Below are positions 1-9,401 of a stretch of DNA of 64,000 nucleotides, piece after piece. The notes below the pieces were generated by a model, which saw nothing but the letters and a program-made list of their open reading frames with translations, had not been told where the DNA came from and made no database searches. Made by a program: the position numbers and the translations under genes. The stretch covers positions 16,459-80,458 of the forward strand of contig JBBQRS010000003.1 of NCBI GenBank assembly GCA_038214535.1. Direction: 5' to 3'. Each line of letters begins with the position of its first letter. Positions within the stretch are counted from its first letter, which is position 1. This stretch comes from Anaerolineae bacterium (GTDB taxonomy: Bacteria > Chloroflexota > Anaerolineae > CG2-30-64-16).

Positions 1-183
1 GCGCAGAGCGGGATGACGATGTTGGTGGTGACGCACGAGATGGGATTCGCCCGTGCGGCCGCGCAGCGGATCATCTTCATGGATGAGGGCAAGGTCATCG
101 AAGATACGACGCCCGAGGCGCTGTTCGCCGCGCCCAAGCATGAGCGCACCAAACTGTTCCTGAGTAAAATACTCGATCATTAA
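1..183 (+). CDS. ABC transporter ATP-binding protein, polar amino acid type, C-terminal fragment (5' end outside window)
   Basis: Translation ...MTMLVVTHEMGFARAAAQRIIFMDEGKVIEDTTPEALFAAPKHERTKLFLSKILDH* matches the C-terminal H-loop region of GlnQ/HisP-type ATPases; stop TAA at 181-183. Confidence 0.7.
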   Translation, partial: AQSGMTMLVVTHEMGFARAAAQRIIFMDEGKVIEDTTPEALFAAPKHERTKLFLSKILDH

Positions 184-207
184 CAATGTGAGGTTGCGAT
201 TGTAACC

Positions 208-828
208 GTGATGAACGTGATCTTGCAGGGTGTATTTGCGTTGGCGGTAGGCTACTTGCTGGGCGCGATCCCGATGGGTTATCTGGTCGGGCGCGCGTGG
301 GGCGTGGACGTGCGACAGTATGGCAGCGGCCGCACGGGCGGAACCAACGTGTTGCGCGCGACTGGCAACGTCGTGCCCTTTCTGCTGACCGGCGCGGGCG
401 ACATTTTAAAGGGCGTCGCCGCGGTGCTGATCGGGCGGCTGGTGTTCGGCTCGGAACTGGCGGCGGCGTTGGCCGGGGTTGGCGTCGTGGTCGGGCACAA
501 CTGGTCGGTGTTTCTCAACTGGCGCGGGGGCGCAGGTGGGGCTACGGCGGCGGCGGCATTGACGACGCTTTCACCGCTCGCGGGGTTCATCGTCGTGCCG
601 ATGGGACTGTCCATCCTCTACTTCTCGCGCTACGCGTCTCTGGCGACCATCACGGTCGGTCTTGGGAGCCTGATCGCGCTGGTCGCGCTGGCCGCGTTTG
701 TTCCGCCCGACCATCCCTGGCTCCACGTGCTCTACGGCGCGGCGGCGGCGATGCTCCTGCTGTTGGCGCTGCGTCCCAACTTGCGCCGGTTGGCCGATGG
801 CACGGAGCGCCGCATCACCTATTGGTGA
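208..828 (+). CDS. plsY: glycerol-3-phosphate acyltransferase PlsY
   Basis: 206-aa polytopic membrane ORF with PlsY-like N-terminus (LAVGYLLGAIPMGYLVGR...GSGRTGGTNVLRATG) and HNWSVFL motif; GTG208/ATG211 start. Confidence 0.85.
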   Translation: MMNVILQGVFALAVGYLLGAIPMGYLVGRAWGVDVRQYGSGRTGGTNVLRATGNVVPFLLTGAGDILKGVAAVLIGRLVFGSELAAALAGVGVVVGHNWSVFLNWRGGAGGATAAAALTTLSPLAGFIVVPMGLSILYFSRYASLATITVGLGSLIALVALAAFVPPDHPWLHVLYGAAAAMLLLLALRPNLRRLADGTERRITYW

Positions 829-1030
829 CGCCGCGGCGGGTTCCCCCCTGCCAAGCTCCGCGGTGCGTTCGTGACAAATCCCACTTTTTGACATAAGATA
901 GCGCCTATGCTAAGGTAGCGATGCCTGCGTGTGGACGAACTCGAACCGGACGCAGCGCCTTGCCCCGTGCCCGGAATCCCATCAACCCGGCAGGCAGTGC
1001 GGGCTGATTGCGTACAAGGAGTTTTCCCGT

Positions 1031-1537
1031 ATGAAAGATATGACGGAGCGGAACTTGCAAGAGGCTTTCGCGGGTGAGAGCCAGGCCCATGTGAAGTATA
1101 CTGTCTATGCCGAACTGGCCGAGCGCGAACGCCTCAGCAATGTGGCGCGGCTGTTCCGCGCGGCGGCGTTCTCGGAACAGATGCACGCTGCCAATCATCT
1201 GCGCGCGCTGAAGGGCGCGGGCAAGACCTTGCAGAATCTCGAGGCCGCGCTGGCCGGCGAGACGTTTGAGATTGATGAGATGTATCCCGTGTACGTGGAA
1301 GTGGCGACGCTTCAGGAAGAGCCGCGTGCCCGGCGCAGCATGGAAGACGCCCTGGCGGCGGAGAAGGAACACGCCCGTTTGTACATGGAAGCCTTCGAAT
1401 CGGTGGTCGAGGGCAATGATGTAACCCTTACCAAGCTGTGGGTCTGTGATGTCTGTGGCTTCACGCTTGAGGGGGACGACGCGCCGGAACGCTGCCCCGT
1501 GTGCGGCGCGGTGCATTCGAGGTTTCGCGAGTTTTAA
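1031..1537 (+). CDS. rbr: rubrerythrin (ferritin-like diiron domain plus C-terminal rubredoxin-like CxxC...CxxC)
   Basis: ERNLQEAFAGESQAHVKYTVYAELAERE diiron motif and C-terminal CDVCGF...CPVCGA; start chosen at ATG 1031 (MKDMTERNL) rather than the upstream in-frame M of the 929 ORF. Confidence 0.85.
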   Translation: MKDMTERNLQEAFAGESQAHVKYTVYAELAERERLSNVARLFRAAAFSEQMHAANHLRALKGAGKTLQNLEAALAGETFEIDEMYPVYVEVATLQEEPRARRSMEDALAAEKEHARLYMEAFESVVEGNDVTLTKLWVCDVCGFTLEGDDAPERCPVCGAVHSRFREF

Positions 1538-1585
1538 CTTGGCGGCGTGCGTCGTTGAGAATAGGAATTATCCTAAAACTGCGCG

Positions 1586-1648
1586 ACGCGCTTCTTTGTA
1601 GTGATGGCTTCAGCCGTTGTCGTGCCCCGCAGCGGCTAAAGCCGCCAC
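1586..1648. repeat. palindromic intergenic repeat element, copy 1 (imperfect)
   Basis: ctttgtagtgatggcttcagccgtt ... agcggctaaagccgccactacgaagg forms a long hairpin between rbr and glpK; same family as copies at 9333, 13099, 38575 and 45300. Confidence 0.7.
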
Positions 1649-1742
1649 TACGAAGGATAGCGATGGGCAGTTTTCGGATAGACACGAAGAGGTTTGGGGC
1701 ACGTGATGCGTGCCCCTTTTGGCATATGCAGGGATGGTTCAG

Positions 1743-3242
1743 ATGACCGAGTACATCGCGGCAATTGATCAGGGCACGACCAGCACGCGCTGCATGATTT
1801 TCGACCACCAGGCCGAGGTGGTCTCGATCCATCAGCGCGAGCATGACCAGATCTATCCCAGGCCGGGCTGGGTCGAGCATGACCCGGTGCAAATCTGGGA
1901 CAGGACGCAGACCGTGCTGCGCGAGGCGCTCGAACGCGCGGGAATCGGCCTCAATCTGCTGACGGCAATTGGCGTCACCAATCAGCGCGAGACGACCGTC
2001 GTGTGGGATCGCAAGACCGGCAAGCCTTACTACAACGCGATTGTCTGGCAGGACACGCGCACTGACAAGATCATCGCGGAGTTAGGGCAGGAAGGCGGGC
2101 AGGATCGTTTCCGGGCGAAGACCGGGCTGCCGCTCTCGACCTATTTCTCCGGCCCCAAGGTGCGTTGGATTCTGGATAACGTGCCCGAGGCGCGGGCGGC
2201 GGCTCAGCGTGGCGACGCGATCTTTGGCAACATGGATACGTGGCTGATCTGGAACCTGACGGGCGGCGTGGACGGCGGAGGGGCGCACATCACCGATGTG
2301 ACCAACGCGGGCCGCACGATGCTGATGGACCTGGCGACGCTGGACTGGGACGCCGAAATTTTGGATGTGATGGGCATCCCGCGGGCCATGCTGCCCGAAA
2401 TCCGCTCTTCCAGCGATCCTTCTTTTTATGGCCGCGCGATGGGCAGGGTGCCCATCTGTGGTGACCTGGGCGATCAGCAGGCGGCGCTGGTGGGTCAGGC
2501 CTGTTTTGGGATGGGCGAGGCGAAGAACACCTATGGTACGGGTTGTTTCATGTTGCTGAACACCGGGCCGAAGCCAGTGCCCAGCGTGAGCGGCCTGTTG
2601 ACCACGATGGGCTACAAGTTCGGCGATCAACCCGCGGTTTACGCGTTGGAAGGCTCGATTGCGATTGCGGGCGCGTTGGTGCAGTGGCTGCGCGACAACC
2701 TGGATTTCTTCGACTTCAGCCACCAGGTGGAGGATTACGCCCGGCAGGTGGCGGATAGCGGAGGCATCTACATCGTGCCGGCCTTCTCCGGGTTATACGC
2801 GCCTTATTGGGAGGCCGACGCGCGCGGCGTGATCGTGGGGCTGACGCGCTACATCAATAAGAACCACATTTGTCGCGCGGCGCTGGAGGCCACGGCCTAT
2901 CAGACGCGCGAGGTGCTGGAGGCGATGAAGCGCGATTCGGGCGTTGACCTGACCGCGCTCAAGGTGGACGGCGGGATGGTGTACAATAACACGCTGATGC
3001 AGTTCCAGGCTGATATTCTGGGTGTCCCGGTCGTCAGGCCGAAGGTGGCCGAGACCACCGCGCTGGGCGCGGCGTATGCCGCGGGCTTGGCCGTGGGATT
3101 GTGGGATGGCCTGGACACGCTGCGGAGCAACTGGCACGCGGATAAGTCGTGGGAGCCGGCGATGCCTGAAGAACAACAGACGAAACTCTATAACGGCTGG
3201 CTGAAGGCGGTGCAGCGGTCTATGCACTGGGGGGAAGAGTAA
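1743..3242 (+). CDS. glpK: glycerol kinase GlpK
   Basis: [21 protein letters not shown]... FGGT sugar-kinase N-terminus; ~499 aa, typical GlpK length; start at ATG 1743 within the longer ORF. Confidence 0.9.
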   Translation: MTEYIAAIDQGTTSTRCMIFDHQAEVVSIHQREHDQIYPRPGWVEHDPVQIWDRTQTVLREALERAGIGLNLLTAIGVTNQRETTVVWDRKTGKPYYNAIVWQDTRTDKIIAELGQEGGQDRFRAKTGLPLSTYFSGPKVRWILDNVPEARAAAQRGDAIFGNMDTWLIWNLTGGVDGGGAHITDVTNAGRTMLMDLATLDWDAEILDVMGIPRAMLPEIRSSSDPSFYGRAMGRVPICGDLGDQQAALVGQACFGMGEAKNTYGTGCFMLLNTGPKPVPSVSGLLTTMGYKFGDQPAVYALEGSIAIAGALVQWLRDNLDFFDFSHQVEDYARQVADSGGIYIVPAFSGLYAPYWEADARGVIVGLTRYINKNHICRAALEATAYQTREVLEAMKRDSGVDLTALKVDGGMVYNNTLMQFQADILGVPVVRPKVAETTALGAAYAAGLAVGLWDGLDTLRSNWHADKSWEPAMPEEQQTKLYNGWLKAVQRSMHWGEE

Positions 3243-3245
3243 AAT

Positions 3246-4850
3246 ATGACGCTCGAATGTGATGTCCTGGTGATCGGGGGCGGCGCGACCGGCGGCGGGG
3301 CGGCGCTCGACCTGGCGCTGCGCGGGCTGCGCGTGATCCTGGTGGAGCGGGCCGACCTCACCGACGGCACGTCAGGGCGCTATCACGGGCTGCTCCATTC
3401 CGGCGGGCGCTATGCCGTGCGCGACCCGGAGTCGGCGCGCGAGTGCATTGACGAGAACCGCATCCTGCGGCGGATTGTACCTCAGGCCATCGAGGACACG
3501 GGCGGGTTCTTCGTGGTCACGCCCCATGACGATCCCACGTACGCGGATGGGTGGGTCGCCGCCTGTCGCGCGTGCGATATCGAGGTGGAAGAAATCAGCC
3601 CGGCGCAGACGCTCGCGTTGGAGCCGGCGCTCAACCCGCGTATTTCGCGCGTCTTCCGCGTGCCCGACGCTGCGTGCGATTCGTTCGACGTGCTCAATGC
3701 CCTGGCCGCAGCGATTCAGCGTGAAGGCGGGACCGTGTTGACCTATCACGGTGTGACGGCGCTGTATACCGAGCATGGCCGGGTGGTGGGCGCGATGGTG
3801 CGCCATGCACGCACGGGCGAGGAGCAGCGGATCGCGGCGCGCATGGTGGTGAACGCGGCGGGGGCGTGGGCGGGGCAAATCGCGGCGATGGCGGGCTGCA
3901 AGGTGATCGTGCGCCCCAGCAAGGGCACGATGGTGGCGATGGCTTATCGCTTCGTTAACACGATCATCAACCGCTGCCACCCGCCGGGCGACGGCGACAT
4001 CCTGGTGCCGGTGGGCACGGTCGCCGTGATCGGCACGACTTCTGTGCCGGTGAGCGACCCGAACGAGACGGGCGTCGAGGCGTGGGAAGTTCAGCGGATG
4101 CTGGACGAAGGCGAGAAGATCGTGCCGGGGTTCAGCCGGGTGCGCGCCCTGCGCGCCTGGGCGGGGGTGCGTCCGCTTTATGAGGAGAATGAGGCGGCAG
4201 AGGGCCGCGAGGCGAAACGCACATTTGCGGTGCTGGATCATGCAACCCGGGACGGCGTGGCGGGCCTGGCGACAGTGGTCGGCGGGAAGTTTACCACCTA
4301 CCGACTGATGGCCGAGCGCACGGCAGACCTCGTGTGTGCGCAGTTGGGCGCGACTTCGACATGTCAGACGGCTACTTACCTCCTGCCCGATCCGCGCCGA
4401 CCGAGTGAAGCGGCGCAACCGCACTGGCCCGGCCATCGGTTGGAGCAGATCGAGGCTTCGGAAACGCTCGACCCGTTGATTTGCGAGTGTGAGCTGGTCA
4501 CGCGCTCGCAACTGGTGGAGGCCGCCCGCGCGAACCCGCACATTGAGGCGAAGACGGCGCTGGACGACCTGCGGCGCGACCTGCGGCTGGGGATGGGGCC
4601 GTGCCAGGGTGGTTTCTGCAACTACCGGGCGGGTGGCGTGCTCCATGCGACGGGCAGCGTGGACGCAGCGCAGGCCGACCGCGCGATTGGCGACTTCGCG
4701 CAGCGCCGATGGAAAGGGCAGCGCCCGCTACTGTGGGGGCAGAGCTTGCGCCAGGCGTTGCTGGACGAGCATATTTATCGCACGATCCTGGGAATGGATG
4801 CGCTTTGTGCACCGGGCGACCCTGCCGACATGGAGCAGGCCGATGGATGA
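3246..4850 (+). CDS. glpA: anaerobic glycerol-3-phosphate dehydrogenase subunit A (FAD-dependent, C-terminal BFD-like [2Fe-2S] domain)
   Basis: N-terminal FAD dinucleotide fold DVLVIGGGATGGGAALDLALRGLRV; C-terminal CECELVT...GMGPCQGGFC BFD-like motif; directly follows glpK. Confidence 0.85.
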   Translation: MTLECDVLVIGGGATGGGAALDLALRGLRVILVERADLTDGTSGRYHGLLHSGGRYAVRDPESARECIDENRILRRIVPQAIEDTGGFFVVTPHDDPTYADGWVAACRACDIEVEEISPAQTLALEPALNPRISRVFRVPDAACDSFDVLNALAAAIQREGGTVLTYHGVTALYTEHGRVVGAMVRHARTGEEQRIAARMVVNAAGAWAGQIAAMAGCKVIVRPSKGTMVAMAYRFVNTIINRCHPPGDGDILVPVGTVAVIGTTSVPVSDPNETGVEAWEVQRMLDEGEKIVPGFSRVRALRAWAGVRPLYEENEAAEGREAKRTFAVLDHATRDGVAGLATVVGGKFTTYRLMAERTADLVCAQLGATSTCQTATYLLPDPRRPSEAAQPHWPGHRLEQIEASETLDPLICECELVTRSQLVEAARANPHIEAKTALDDLRRDLRLGMGPCQGGFCNYRAGGVLHATGSVDAAQADRAIGDFAQRRWKGQRPLLWGQSLRQALLDEHIYRTILGMDALCAPGDPADMEQADG

Positions 4851-6069
4851 CGTGCTGGTGATCGGCGCGGGGCCGGCCGGGTTGGTGGCCGCATGGACCG
4901 CGCACCGGCGCGGCGCGCGCGTCAAGGTGCTTGCATCGGGCATCGGGACGACACACGTTATGCCGGGTTGGTTGCAGGTTCTCAATACCGACGGATCGGT
5001 CGAGGCGGGCGTTGCGGAACTCGCGGCGCAGCAGCCCGATCACCCGTATGCGCTGGCGGGCGCGGGCGCGGTGCAGGCGGGGCTGGCGATGCTGCGCGAG
5101 GTCATAGAGCCGGCCGGTCTGCGCTACGTTGGGGACATAACGGGGAACTTGCTGTTGCCCACGGCGTTGGGGGCTGTGCATCGGGCAGCTTACGCGCCGG
5201 AGAGCTTCATCGCGGGCGACCTGCGCGAGCGAGGCGCGATGCTCATCGTGGGGCCGGACGCCTGGCGCGATTTCTATCCTCTGTTGTGCGCGGAGAATCT
5301 GGCGCGGCAGGGTTTTGCCGCACGCGGGATGACCTTTGCGCTGCCGGAATCGGAGGCGGGCAAGTTTGACACGACGCCGCCCGGTTTTGCGCGCCTGTTC
5401 GAGCGCCCCGAAATCCGCACGCGCGTGGCGTATCTGCTCAAGCCGCACCTGAGTGGTTTCAAGCGCGTGGGGTTCCCGGCCATCCTGGGGCTGGAGCACC
5501 ACCGCGAGGTCTGGGAAGATCTGCAAGACCGGTTGGGGCTGCCCGTGTTCGAAATTCCGACCCTGCCGCCGAGCGTGCCGGGCCTGCGGTTGTTCGCGGC
5601 GTTCAAGCGTGCGCTGGCCCCCGCGGGCGTGCAATTGCTGCTGGATATGACGGCGACGCATGGCTTGATCGAGGGACGGCATGTGACCGGCGTGGTCGTG
5701 CCCACCGTCACCGGCCGACAGGCCATCTATCAGGCCGAGCGCTACATCTTGGCGACCGGCGGGCTTTACGGCGGCGGCGTCGCCTCCGATCATCATGGCT
5801 TGTTGCGTGAGGTGGTGTTCGGCCTGCCGGTGGAGGCGCCGGGTGAGCTGGGCGACTGGTTCAGGTCGGAACTGCTGGGCGAGGCCGGGCATCCGATTCA
5901 CAGGGCGGGGGTGCGCGCCAACCATGTGATGCAACCGGTTGACGCCGATGGGCGCGTGCTATTGGAGAATGTCCGGGTGGCGGGCCGTCTGCTCGCTGGC
6001 AGCCAGCCAACATTAGAGGGGTCAACCGAAGGCGTGTGGCTTGCCACGGCCTATCGGGCGGCCTGCTGA
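4843..6069 (+). CDS. glpB: anaerobic glycerol-3-phosphate dehydrogenase subunit B
   Basis: MDDVLVIGAGPAGLVAAWTAHRRGARV Rossmann start; ATG 4843 overlaps the glpA stop (ATGGATGA); the upstream part of ORF 4489.. is an out-of-frame read-through artefact. Confidence 0.8.
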   Translation: MDDVLVIGAGPAGLVAAWTAHRRGARVKVLASGIGTTHVMPGWLQVLNTDGSVEAGVAELAAQQPDHPYALAGAGAVQAGLAMLREVIEPAGLRYVGDITGNLLLPTALGAVHRAAYAPESFIAGDLRERGAMLIVGPDAWRDFYPLLCAENLARQGFAARGMTFALPESEAGKFDTTPPGFARLFERPEIRTRVAYLLKPHLSGFKRVGFPAILGLEHHREVWEDLQDRLGLPVFEIPTLPPSVPGLRLFAAFKRALAPAGVQLLLDMTATHGLIEGRHVTGVVVPTVTGRQAIYQAERYILATGGLYGGGVASDHHGLLREVVFGLPVEAPGELGDWFRSELLGEAGHPIHRAGVRANHVMQPVDADGRVLLENVRVAGRLLAGSQPTLEGSTEGVWLATAYRAAC

Positions 6070-6080
6070 TCTGGAATATC

Positions 6081-7364
6081 ATGAGCGAAACATACACGCC
6101 GATCCTGTTGGAAGATATCCGGCGCACTGCCGATCTGTGCGTCAAGTGCAACATCTGCACCACCGCCTGCCCCGTGGCTGCGGTGACCGATCTGTTCCCC
6201 GGCCCGAAATTCGTCGGGCCGCAGGCGCAGCGTTTTCGCGACCCCGAGATGCCGTCGCCCGACGACTCACTGGACTACTGTTCGGGGTGCGGCGTCTGCA
6301 CGCAGGTGTGCCCGCATGACGTCAAGGTGATGGAAATTAACATTGCGGCGAAGGCGGAGTTGCGCGAACGGCAGTTGGAAGAGAACAAGCTCGATCCGCA
6401 CCTGTGGCGCAACTGGTTGCTGGGCCACAATGAGGCGCTGGGTGAACTGGGCGGATGGTTCGCGCCGATCTCTAACCTGGTGATGGGCATCCCGCTCACC
6501 CGGACGTTGATGGAGGTGACGCTGGGGATTGACCGGCACGCGCCGTTCCCGAAGTTCCATTTCACCAAGTTCCGTTCGTGGTTCTTCGGCGCGCACCAGA
6601 AAGAGAAGGCCCCGACGCCGCCGGGCGCGCCGAAAGTCGCCTATTTTTACGGCTGCGCGACCAACAACTACGAACCGGAAGTGGGCCGCGCCATCGTCGC
6701 GGTGCTGGAGCACAACGGGTTCGAGGTGGTGCTGCCGGAGCAGAACTGTTGCGGCCTGCCCATGCAGTCGAACGGCGACTTCGACGGGGCGCGCCGCTAT
6801 GCGAACGCCAACCTGCGCACACTGGCCCCCTACGCCGCGGAGGGGATTCCCATCGTCCTCGGCGGGACGAGTTGCGCCATGGAGTTGAAGGCCGATTATC
6901 AACACCTGCTGGGCATTCATACCGAGGAAGCGCGGCTGGTCGCAGAGAACACCTACGATATCAGCGAATTCCTGTGGATGCAGCACGAGGCCGGCCGCTT
7001 GCGCACCGACTTCGCGCGCACGGAAGCCTATCTGCCGTATCATACGTCGTGCCACCAGAAGCTCCATCGGATCGGGCGGCCCGCCCTCGAGCTGCTATCG
7101 CTCGTGCCGGGGTTGCGGGCCGAGGAAATGGGGTTCGACTGTTGCGGGATCACGGGGACCTACGGCTACAAACACGAGAAGTACGACATCGCCTACGCAG
7201 TTGGGGAACCGCTCTTCGAGCGTTTGAAGGCTTCGGGCGCGGAGATGGCGCTGTGTGACAACGAGACGTGCCGCTGGAACATCGCCAACCAGTCGGGCCT
7301 GCGGGTGGTGCATACGATGCAAATCCTCGCGCGGGCTTATGGGCTGAGCGAACATGGCCTGTAG
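6081..7364 (+). CDS. glpC: anaerobic glycerol-3-phosphate dehydrogenase subunit C (two 4Fe-4S ferredoxin motifs plus CCG domains)
   Basis: CVKCNICTTACP and CSGCGVCTQVCP ferredoxin motifs near the N-terminus, Cys-rich CCG-like C-terminal half; start at MSETYTPILLED. Confidence 0.8.
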   Translation: MSETYTPILLEDIRRTADLCVKCNICTTACPVAAVTDLFPGPKFVGPQAQRFRDPEMPSPDDSLDYCSGCGVCTQVCPHDVKVMEINIAAKAELRERQLEENKLDPHLWRNWLLGHNEALGELGGWFAPISNLVMGIPLTRTLMEVTLGIDRHAPFPKFHFTKFRSWFFGAHQKEKAPTPPGAPKVAYFYGCATNNYEPEVGRAIVAVLEHNGFEVVLPEQNCCGLPMQSNGDFDGARRYANANLRTLAPYAAEGIPIVLGGTSCAMELKADYQHLLGIHTEEARLVAENTYDISEFLWMQHEAGRLRTDFARTEAYLPYHTSCHQKLHRIGRPALELLSLVPGLRAEEMGFDCCGITGTYGYKHEKYDIAYAVGEPLFERLKASGAEMALCDNETCRWNIANQSGLRVVHTMQILARAYGLSEHGL

Positions 7365-7382
7365 CGCGCGCGGGGCGGGTAT

Positions 7383-8417
7383 ATGCGGCTGCTGATTATC
7401 GGCGCGGGGGCGGCGGGGACGTTTATCGGCGCGCGGCTGGCGCTCGCCGGGCACGCCGTCTGTCTCGTCGGGCGGCCTGCGCTGCTCGACGCCGTGCGAA
7501 GTTCAGGACTGACGCTGCTCGAACCGGACGCCTTGCCCCGCGTCACGTCCCCGCGGTGCGTGACCGAACTCGCGACGGTATTTGCCGATGCGGCCACGTA
7601 TGATCTCGCGCTGCTCACGGTCAAGGCGTATGACACGGACGCGGCGATTGCCGAGCTCCAGGCCGCCGGCGCGTCGCTCCCCCCGATCCTGACCCTGCAG
7701 AATGGCGTGGGCAATGAAGAAGCGCTGGCGGACGCGTTCGGGGCCGCGCGAGTACTCTCCGGCGCGCTAGACACGCCGGTTTCCATCCCGCAACCTGGAC
7801 AAGTGCAGGCACACAAGGCGCGTTACGGCATCGGGCTGGCGACGCTGGCGGATCGCGTCGCGCTTGAAGGGGTCGCCGCGGCGTTGACCGGCGCGGGTTT
7901 CACGGTGCGGCGGTATGAAGATTACCGCGGTCTCAAGTGGACGAAGCTGCTGATGAACATCCTGGCAAACGCGCAATGCGCGATCCTGGGGTGGACCCCC
8001 GCGCAGGTGATGCGCGACCCCGTTGCCGCCGAACTGGAAGCTCGCGCCTGGCAGGAAATGGCCGCCGTGATGCGCCTGTCAGGCATCGCGCCCGTGCCGC
8101 TGGGGGTCTATCCGTTCCCGCAAATCATGCCGCTGGTCGAGCGGCTGCCCTCGGCATGGGTGGCACGCGGGTTGCGCAGCTTCGTATCCGGGGGGCGCGG
8201 CACGAAGCTGCCTTCGCTCCGGCTGGCGCTTGAGACGGGCCGGCCTTCCGAGGTGCGCTGGCTCAACGGCGCGGTGGCGCGTACCGGCGCGACCGTCGGC
8301 GTTCCGACGCCGGTCAACGCCGCGTTGACCGAGGTGCTTGCAGGATTGACGCAGGGCACGATTGCCCCGGACGCTTACCGGGATCAACCCCAACGACTCG
8401 CTGCTTTGATCCATTGA
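7383..8417 (+). CDS. 2-dehydropantoate 2-reductase (ApbA/PanE) family NAD(P) oxidoreductase
   Basis: MRLLIIGAGAAGTFIGARLALAGHAV Rossmann motif and KWTKLLMNILANAQCAI region typical of ketopantoate reductase family; substrate not assignable. Confidence 0.65.
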   Translation: MRLLIIGAGAAGTFIGARLALAGHAVCLVGRPALLDAVRSSGLTLLEPDALPRVTSPRCVTELATVFADAATYDLALLTVKAYDTDAAIAELQAAGASLPPILTLQNGVGNEEALADAFGAARVLSGALDTPVSIPQPGQVQAHKARYGIGLATLADRVALEGVAAALTGAGFTVRRYEDYRGLKWTKLLMNILANAQCAILGWTPAQVMRDPVAAELEARAWQEMAAVMRLSGIAPVPLGVYPFPQIMPLVERLPSAWVARGLRSFVSGGRGTKLPSLRLALETGRPSEVRWLNGAVARTGATVGVPTPVNAALTEVLAGLTQGTIAPDAYRDQPQRLAALIH

Positions 8418-9325
8418 AAAACGACCAACTACGCGGGTATCTTCTGATTCTTGTTGCGGCCACGCTCTGGGCGACCCTTGGCGTGTTCTACAAGTTTCTC
8501 ATCAACAACCAGGGGCTGACCCCGCTGGCGGCCGCGACGATGCGCGGCGGGCTTGGCGGGCTGATCTTGCTGGCAAGCCTGGTGTTGTTGCGTGTTGATT
8601 TGCGCGTGCCGCGCGCCGATTGGGGCGGGTTCCTGGCCTATGGCGTGTTTGGCGTAGCGCTCTTCTTTTTGTTCTACGTCAATGCCATTAACCTCACCGG
8701 TGTGGCGGTGGCCGCTGTGTTGATGTATACGTCGCCCGTGTGGGTGGCGGTCATCAGTTCGCGCTGGATGGGTGAGACGTTGGGACCGCGCAGCATCGGC
8801 GCGCTGGTGCTGGCGCTGATCGGCGTCGCGTTGGTAGCGCGCGTCTATAACCCGGCCCTGCTGCGGCTCAACGGGTTGGGCATCCTCTTCGGGTTGGGCG
8901 CGGGCCTGACCTACGGGTTGTACAGCATCTTTAACAAGCTGCTCGTGCGCCGCAACCGACCGTGGGTGGTGCAGGTGTATGGGCTGCTCATCGGCGCAGC
9001 GGTGCTTTTCGTGGTTGTGCCAAAAGGGGAGTTAGCGGTCGGTTTCGCGACGCCGACATCTATCGCGCTGCTGATCGGCATGGCGATTGTGCCGACGCTG
9101 CTCGCCAGCCTGGCCTTCGCGTTTGGCGTGCAGTGGGTTCCGGTCAGCGTGGCGGCGATTGTGGCGATGTTCGAGCCGGTCGTGGCGGCCTTCTTCGGTT
9201 ATGCTTTCTTCGGCGAGAGGCTCGATCCCGGTCAATGGGTCGGGGTCATTTGCATCCTGGGCGCGGTGATGCTTCTGCGACCGGGTGCGGGTCAGTCATC
9301 TGAGTTGCAGGCGGAGTTGACATAA
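8414..9325 (+). CDS. EamA/DMT-family transporter (10-TM)
   Basis: Two EamA-like hydrophobic repeats; TTG start overlapping the stop of the preceding gene (8414-8417). Confidence 0.65.
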   Translation: MKNDQLRGYLLILVAATLWATLGVFYKFLINNQGLTPLAAATMRGGLGGLILLASLVLLRVDLRVPRADWGGFLAYGVFGVALFFLFYVNAINLTGVAVAAVLMYTSPVWVAVISSRWMGETLGPRSIGALVLALIGVALVARVYNPALLRLNGLGILFGLGAGLTYGLYSIFNKLLVRRNRPWVVQVYGLLIGAAVLFVVVPKGELAVGFATPTSIALLIGMAIVPTLLASLAFAFGVQWVPVSVAAIVAMFEPVVAAFFGYAFFGERLDPGQWVGVICILGAVMLLRPGAGQSSELQAELT

Positions 9326-9332
9326 TGATAAC

Positions 9333-9398
9333 TCCCTTTGTAGTGACGGCTTCAGCCGTAGAACGCATACTCGACGGCTGAAGCCGTCACTACAAAGG
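9333..9398. repeat. palindromic intergenic repeat element, copy 2 (perfect 26-bp stem, 14-nt loop); likely bidirectional terminator between convergent genes
   Basis: ccctttgtagtgacggcttcagccgt / acggctgaagccgtcactacaaaggg perfect inverted repeat, read directly. Confidence 0.8.
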
Positions 9399-9401
9399 GG
9401 G

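Noticed and set aside
3372-4646. 424-aa minus-strand ORF antisense to glpA, plus similar long antisense or out-of-frame ORFs elsewhere (4498-5934, 6267-7067, 17332-18135, 19064-20068, 26463-28196, 51556-52791, 61697-62956)
   Set aside because: They are typical high-GC artefact ORFs. They have Arg/Ala/Pro/Gly-rich low-complexity translations, no recognisable domains, and they fully overlap well-supported genes on the opposite strand or another frame.
4489-4842. Upstream extension of the glpB ORF (MSWSRARNWW...) overlapping glpA in another frame
   Set aside because: It is an out-of-frame read-through. The real glpB start is ATG 4843, with a Rossmann motif right after it and an 8-nt overlap with the glpA stop.
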